A stretch of DNA of 64,000 nucleotides from Takakia lepidozioides (taxonomy: Eukaryota > Plantae > Bryophyta), in the NCBI GenBank assembly GCA_030704615.1, contig CM060734.1, forward strand, positions 42,036,001 to 42,100,000, read 5' to 3'. The notes under the pieces are model-generated. The model did not search any database. It had not been told where the DNA came from and saw nothing but the letters and a program-made list of their open reading frames with translations. The translations under genes were made by a program, and so were the position numbers. Shown here in pieces: positions 60,201-64,000 of this stretch. Each line of letters opens with the position of its first letter. Within the stretch, counting starts at the first letter, position 1.

Positions 60201-63200
60201 AGAGAGATTGATAGATTCAGAATCAATGATGCCCAACTACTACCGAGTTTCCACTCAGCAGCCCAGACAAAGAATTTTAGATGATGAGGGGTCTGGTAAT
60301 GAAATACTAGAGCCACTCCCTCTCTTCATTCACCATTACTTTAGCAGTCACAATGTTTCAGGCAATGTGCACCACAAATAGCATCCTGTTCCCCAAGAAG
60401 GAGTGGGTGGCCCAGGATAGGATGTCATTGAGACCTGAGCCCCAATTTATTCACCGCGGTCTCTCTCCTGCCAGACATAATAATAAAACAGCATATATGG
60501 ATCCGTTCTTGCGAATCCCATACATCAGACATCACAAGCCATATTCCAACATCCAAGAACAAACCTGTTCTTCCGATGCACAATCTTAAGATTGAAGGTT
60601 TCAAACTCATCCTCTTCAGCACGTATTCTACGTATTTGTTCCTGTACAGCTGCAGCTTCCTCAGCTTCAGCAGCCATGGCATCAGCCTCTTCTCTGGTTT
60701 TCTGGTCAACTTCCAGCAACTCTTCTTCCTCGTCTTCTTCTGCTTCTTCCTCATTGTCGTCTTCCTCCTGACAGTCCAGCTTCACATGAGAACCCTGTCT
60801 TGCCTCACTCTGTGTGTCACTCTTAACACATCATCATATCAACCATAACAGAAAATTAAAGTATACAATTAGATCTTAACATGCTTTACATGAATACACA
60901 TCTGGGCACAGTGGATTTATGTCTTTCCCCTCCGACGCATGGCGGAGGAGGAGGTGGCTTCACAACTGCTACTACAGTTTTCACAGCAAATACACCAACA
61001 TTTATGAGTGGAAAAGCTGGTCCACAACTCAATCTCACAAATGGAGGGCTGTTGATTTTACTATGCCAGTTCAATTGAGATTCTTACCTTGGAGAAATTG
61101 CATCTCACAGGATCCATGGCACCAGGGCTATGGATATGCGATTTATCAGAATAATGAAAATGTGTCGCAATGCATATCATACAACCCATCCAAACCTGAT
61201 CATAAAGATGCTTATCCAACAGAAAAGTGCACAGCAATTTTGTCTAGAATTGGCTACCTTTTACAATCCATGCCTTGTCTCATCATGAAAAGTACACAGC
61301 TTGCAAATCTATGCTGCATGCATGCTTTAGGACTAGGATATTTCTTTGCAGAGTCATAGGAAAAGTAAGGAGGTTTAGAATGCACACAAAAATCCCTTAG
61401 GACAATCACTCAACCCAAGGACAAAAACTGAAATCAAAGTATCAGCCTAAGAGTCACCTTAGCTTCACCGCTGCCATACCCATCACTTGAATGGGCAGAT
61501 ACAGTAGAGCGGGTTGAAAGTGCTGGGTTGCGAAGTGCTTCATCACGTGAGCTTACAATTGGTGATGATTCATTGCTCTTGCGTCTCCAGGAAGCTAACG
61601 GATCATTCGGCCCCAGTACAGCATTCCCATAGTCCTCTCCCTCCTCTCCATGAGCCAGGGCAGAAATATCCCTCACTGACCACAAGGACTTCCCTGAATC
61701 TTCCCTTGAGACAACTGCCATATCTCCAACACTTGTGGAGGGAGATGGGAATGAAAACCCACCAAACCCCAATCCCCCACCCATTTCAAGCTCTTTCTGA
61801 AAATGATCATCTCCAGTTTGAGTGAGCCCCACCTTTGATGACGCCACCTCCCCATTCTCTTGATGCTCAAATGAATAGCCTCCCTCTGGACCATGACTCT
61901 CAATACTACGTCGCTTGCGACTAGCCCACGGATTGTTGTAGTATCTAAGAATCAGTTCATCTTCCTCATCCTCTTCATCCTGGCCACTGGCACTCTCTGC
62001 CTCCAGTACTTGTCCACTATCGTCCTCCACATCCCCAAACCTATCCACTTGAGACGATGAACTAGCTTGTCCACCACCCTGCACTCCATACACACCCCCA
62101 CCAAGCTCACCAGTGTCTATGTCCCCTTCGGAACTCCCACCCACCAAGCTCTCTCTCAGTTCACTGCCAAACTCTGCCACCTCGCTACTAACACCCACTC
62201 CACCAAAGCGGACTGAACCAAGTCTATTATCCCCAAGTTCAAAAGTGGCACCATCTCCTTGTACAGCTTTTTCATCTCCTTCCTCTTCAACACAAGCAGA
62301 GCCTTGCCATATCGGATCTCCGTGCTCCAGCATCAGCGCCTCGGTATCCAAAAGCTGACTGTCGTACTCCCCATGGTCAAGCAAGTGGTTACCACTGGCA
62401 ACCTGCCAGCAGAACAATTTTAACCCATGGATCCACAGCCAATGACATAACCTGTGGAGACAGGAACTGTTACCGGACATCTTCTGGCTTAGAAGACCAT
62501 CCCCTAATCATGCATCATTACTTTACAAAACAAAACTGGGTTCCCAACATGTGTTGACAAACAATGCGTTGAATTAACCAACAAACCTATCATGTACCAA
62601 CATTAACCTATCGTCCATCGGCAAGTGACTGCAATGCATCAGCACAAGATAGCAATTTGCAAGAAACCAGCCAACCATTGTGCAGAGAATTCATTCCTGC
62701 ACATGTACATACGCCTCAAAATTTCACCTAAAACGGCACTGATATAGCACAAAAAAGAGGTGGGGATATGCATGACCCGCCCTTTCACAATCTCAAAGTC
62801 AAATTAAAGAGAAAAAGGAATATAGATCCAGCAATTAAGGAAGACTAGGAGCATTTAAAAGAAGCAGAATAAGAGCTGCAATACACACTTATGCTTCTCA
62901 AGGTGGCATATCAACGAATAACATGTCAGCCATGATTTGGTTATCTTTCCACAGCTAATCTCCAGTCATTGCAGTGTGAAGATTATTCACACCACACTCT
63001 CTATTTACATACATTACATTCTACTCTATGCATCATTGCCTCCCAGTTTATGCAACTCACCTGGGACTGCAATACGTCCAGCTCACCAGCCTCTATGTGC
63101 CCAAACAACTCATTAGTGTGGATTTTGTCCATTTCTGCCTGGATATCCTGCCGTCCCGCCCCTCCCTTCATGCGGTAATACTCTTCCCCCGAAAAACATG

Positions 63201-64000
63201 ACTGCTGTCAGACGATATTACACCAATGGAAAACTTTAGTAACCAAGACTCAAATTTCCTTGATAGGAGGGCAGGCAAACAGAAACGAATGGAGAGAAAG
63301 AATGAATGCGAGCAAGTGAGACAAAGACAGAATGCAAGAAACTTTAATGCCAACAGGAAGCTCAAAGAACTTATGGGACAAACAAAAGACAAGATAGAAT
63401 GAACAGAAAAGCAGTGGCACCCCAAAAACTGGCCACCACAACCACAGAGAAAGAGAAAGGTACTAAGAAAGGAGGGAGGGATTGCCATGAACACTTCAAC
63501 AATCTGCACAGACAAGAAAGGCGTGAGGAAAGATGAAATAAAGGAGGGGGGCTTATGGAAAGACACACAGACACACACATAAAAGAGCGAACATACATTC
63601 ATCCCCCAAAGGAGGGAGGGATGGAAGGCTGGGAGGGAGAGGGATGAGCTAGAACATGCCTCTTCTTCTACAAATGAGCGGTCATCATCATCATACTTCT
63701 CGAAGTCCTTGCCATGATGGGGGCCCCGGATATTCTCTAAACTGGGACGTGTCCGCTCATCCTCACTGGGGTAGTCAATCTCATGGGCAAGAAACCATTC
63801 TTCGTCTTCAATAGGTTGCCGGTGGTAGCCCGGATCATCATCATCCTCATAAGTATCTGAGTCCCAATAGTCATCAGGATAATCTACGGCTGACTCACTC
63901 TGGCCATCGCCTGCCGTTGCGAACCCAGACAGGAGCTCAGAAGTTTCCTCAACAATGCCATGGCTGACTGATGGGCGTGCAGATGTGCTCAACCGGCGAG
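57205..64000 (-). CDS. DYRKP: Plant-specific DYRK-family (DYRKP) protein kinase, multi-exon, 5' end outside the window
   Basis: HRTGFEEDKDFP, YLGSAAFSKA, IHCDLKPENIL, DLGSSC, YVQSRSYRAPE and WFLAHEIDYPS; long acidic N-terminal region. Confidence 0.93.

Overview
Eukaryotic, intron-containing land-plant nuclear DNA; the PLS-PPR style and gene set suggest a non-seed plant, but this is inference. Two host genes on the minus strand bracket the window: a plastid ClpC chaperone (~1.6-8.1 kb) and a plant DYRKP-type kinase (57.2 kb to beyond the window end). Between them is ~49 kb of decayed accessory sequence. It contains a mosaic of captured gene fragments (phage-type RNA polymerase, receptor kinase, callose synthase, WD40, scramblase, EF-Tu) and a degenerate tandem family fusing an OSB-type PDF ssDNA-binding motif to PLS-PPR repeats. 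It also contains a RandI/Dualen-like LINE broken into pieces and Gypsy remnants. The main find is an 11.6-kb Mutator-like DNA transposon (33183-44745) with a perfect 9-bp TSD, TTGCCTATA, inserted into the LINE RT sequence. It carries a GCM/DDE/SWIM transposase and, divergently, a spliced cargo gene with a ParB/Srx-like domain plus a prokaryote-type beta-class N4C/N6A DNA methyltransferase-like domain. About 10 copies of a 24-bp palindrome lie in that gene's introns. This copy of the element is pseudogenised. All domain calls come from motif recognition by eye, and many boundaries are approximate.
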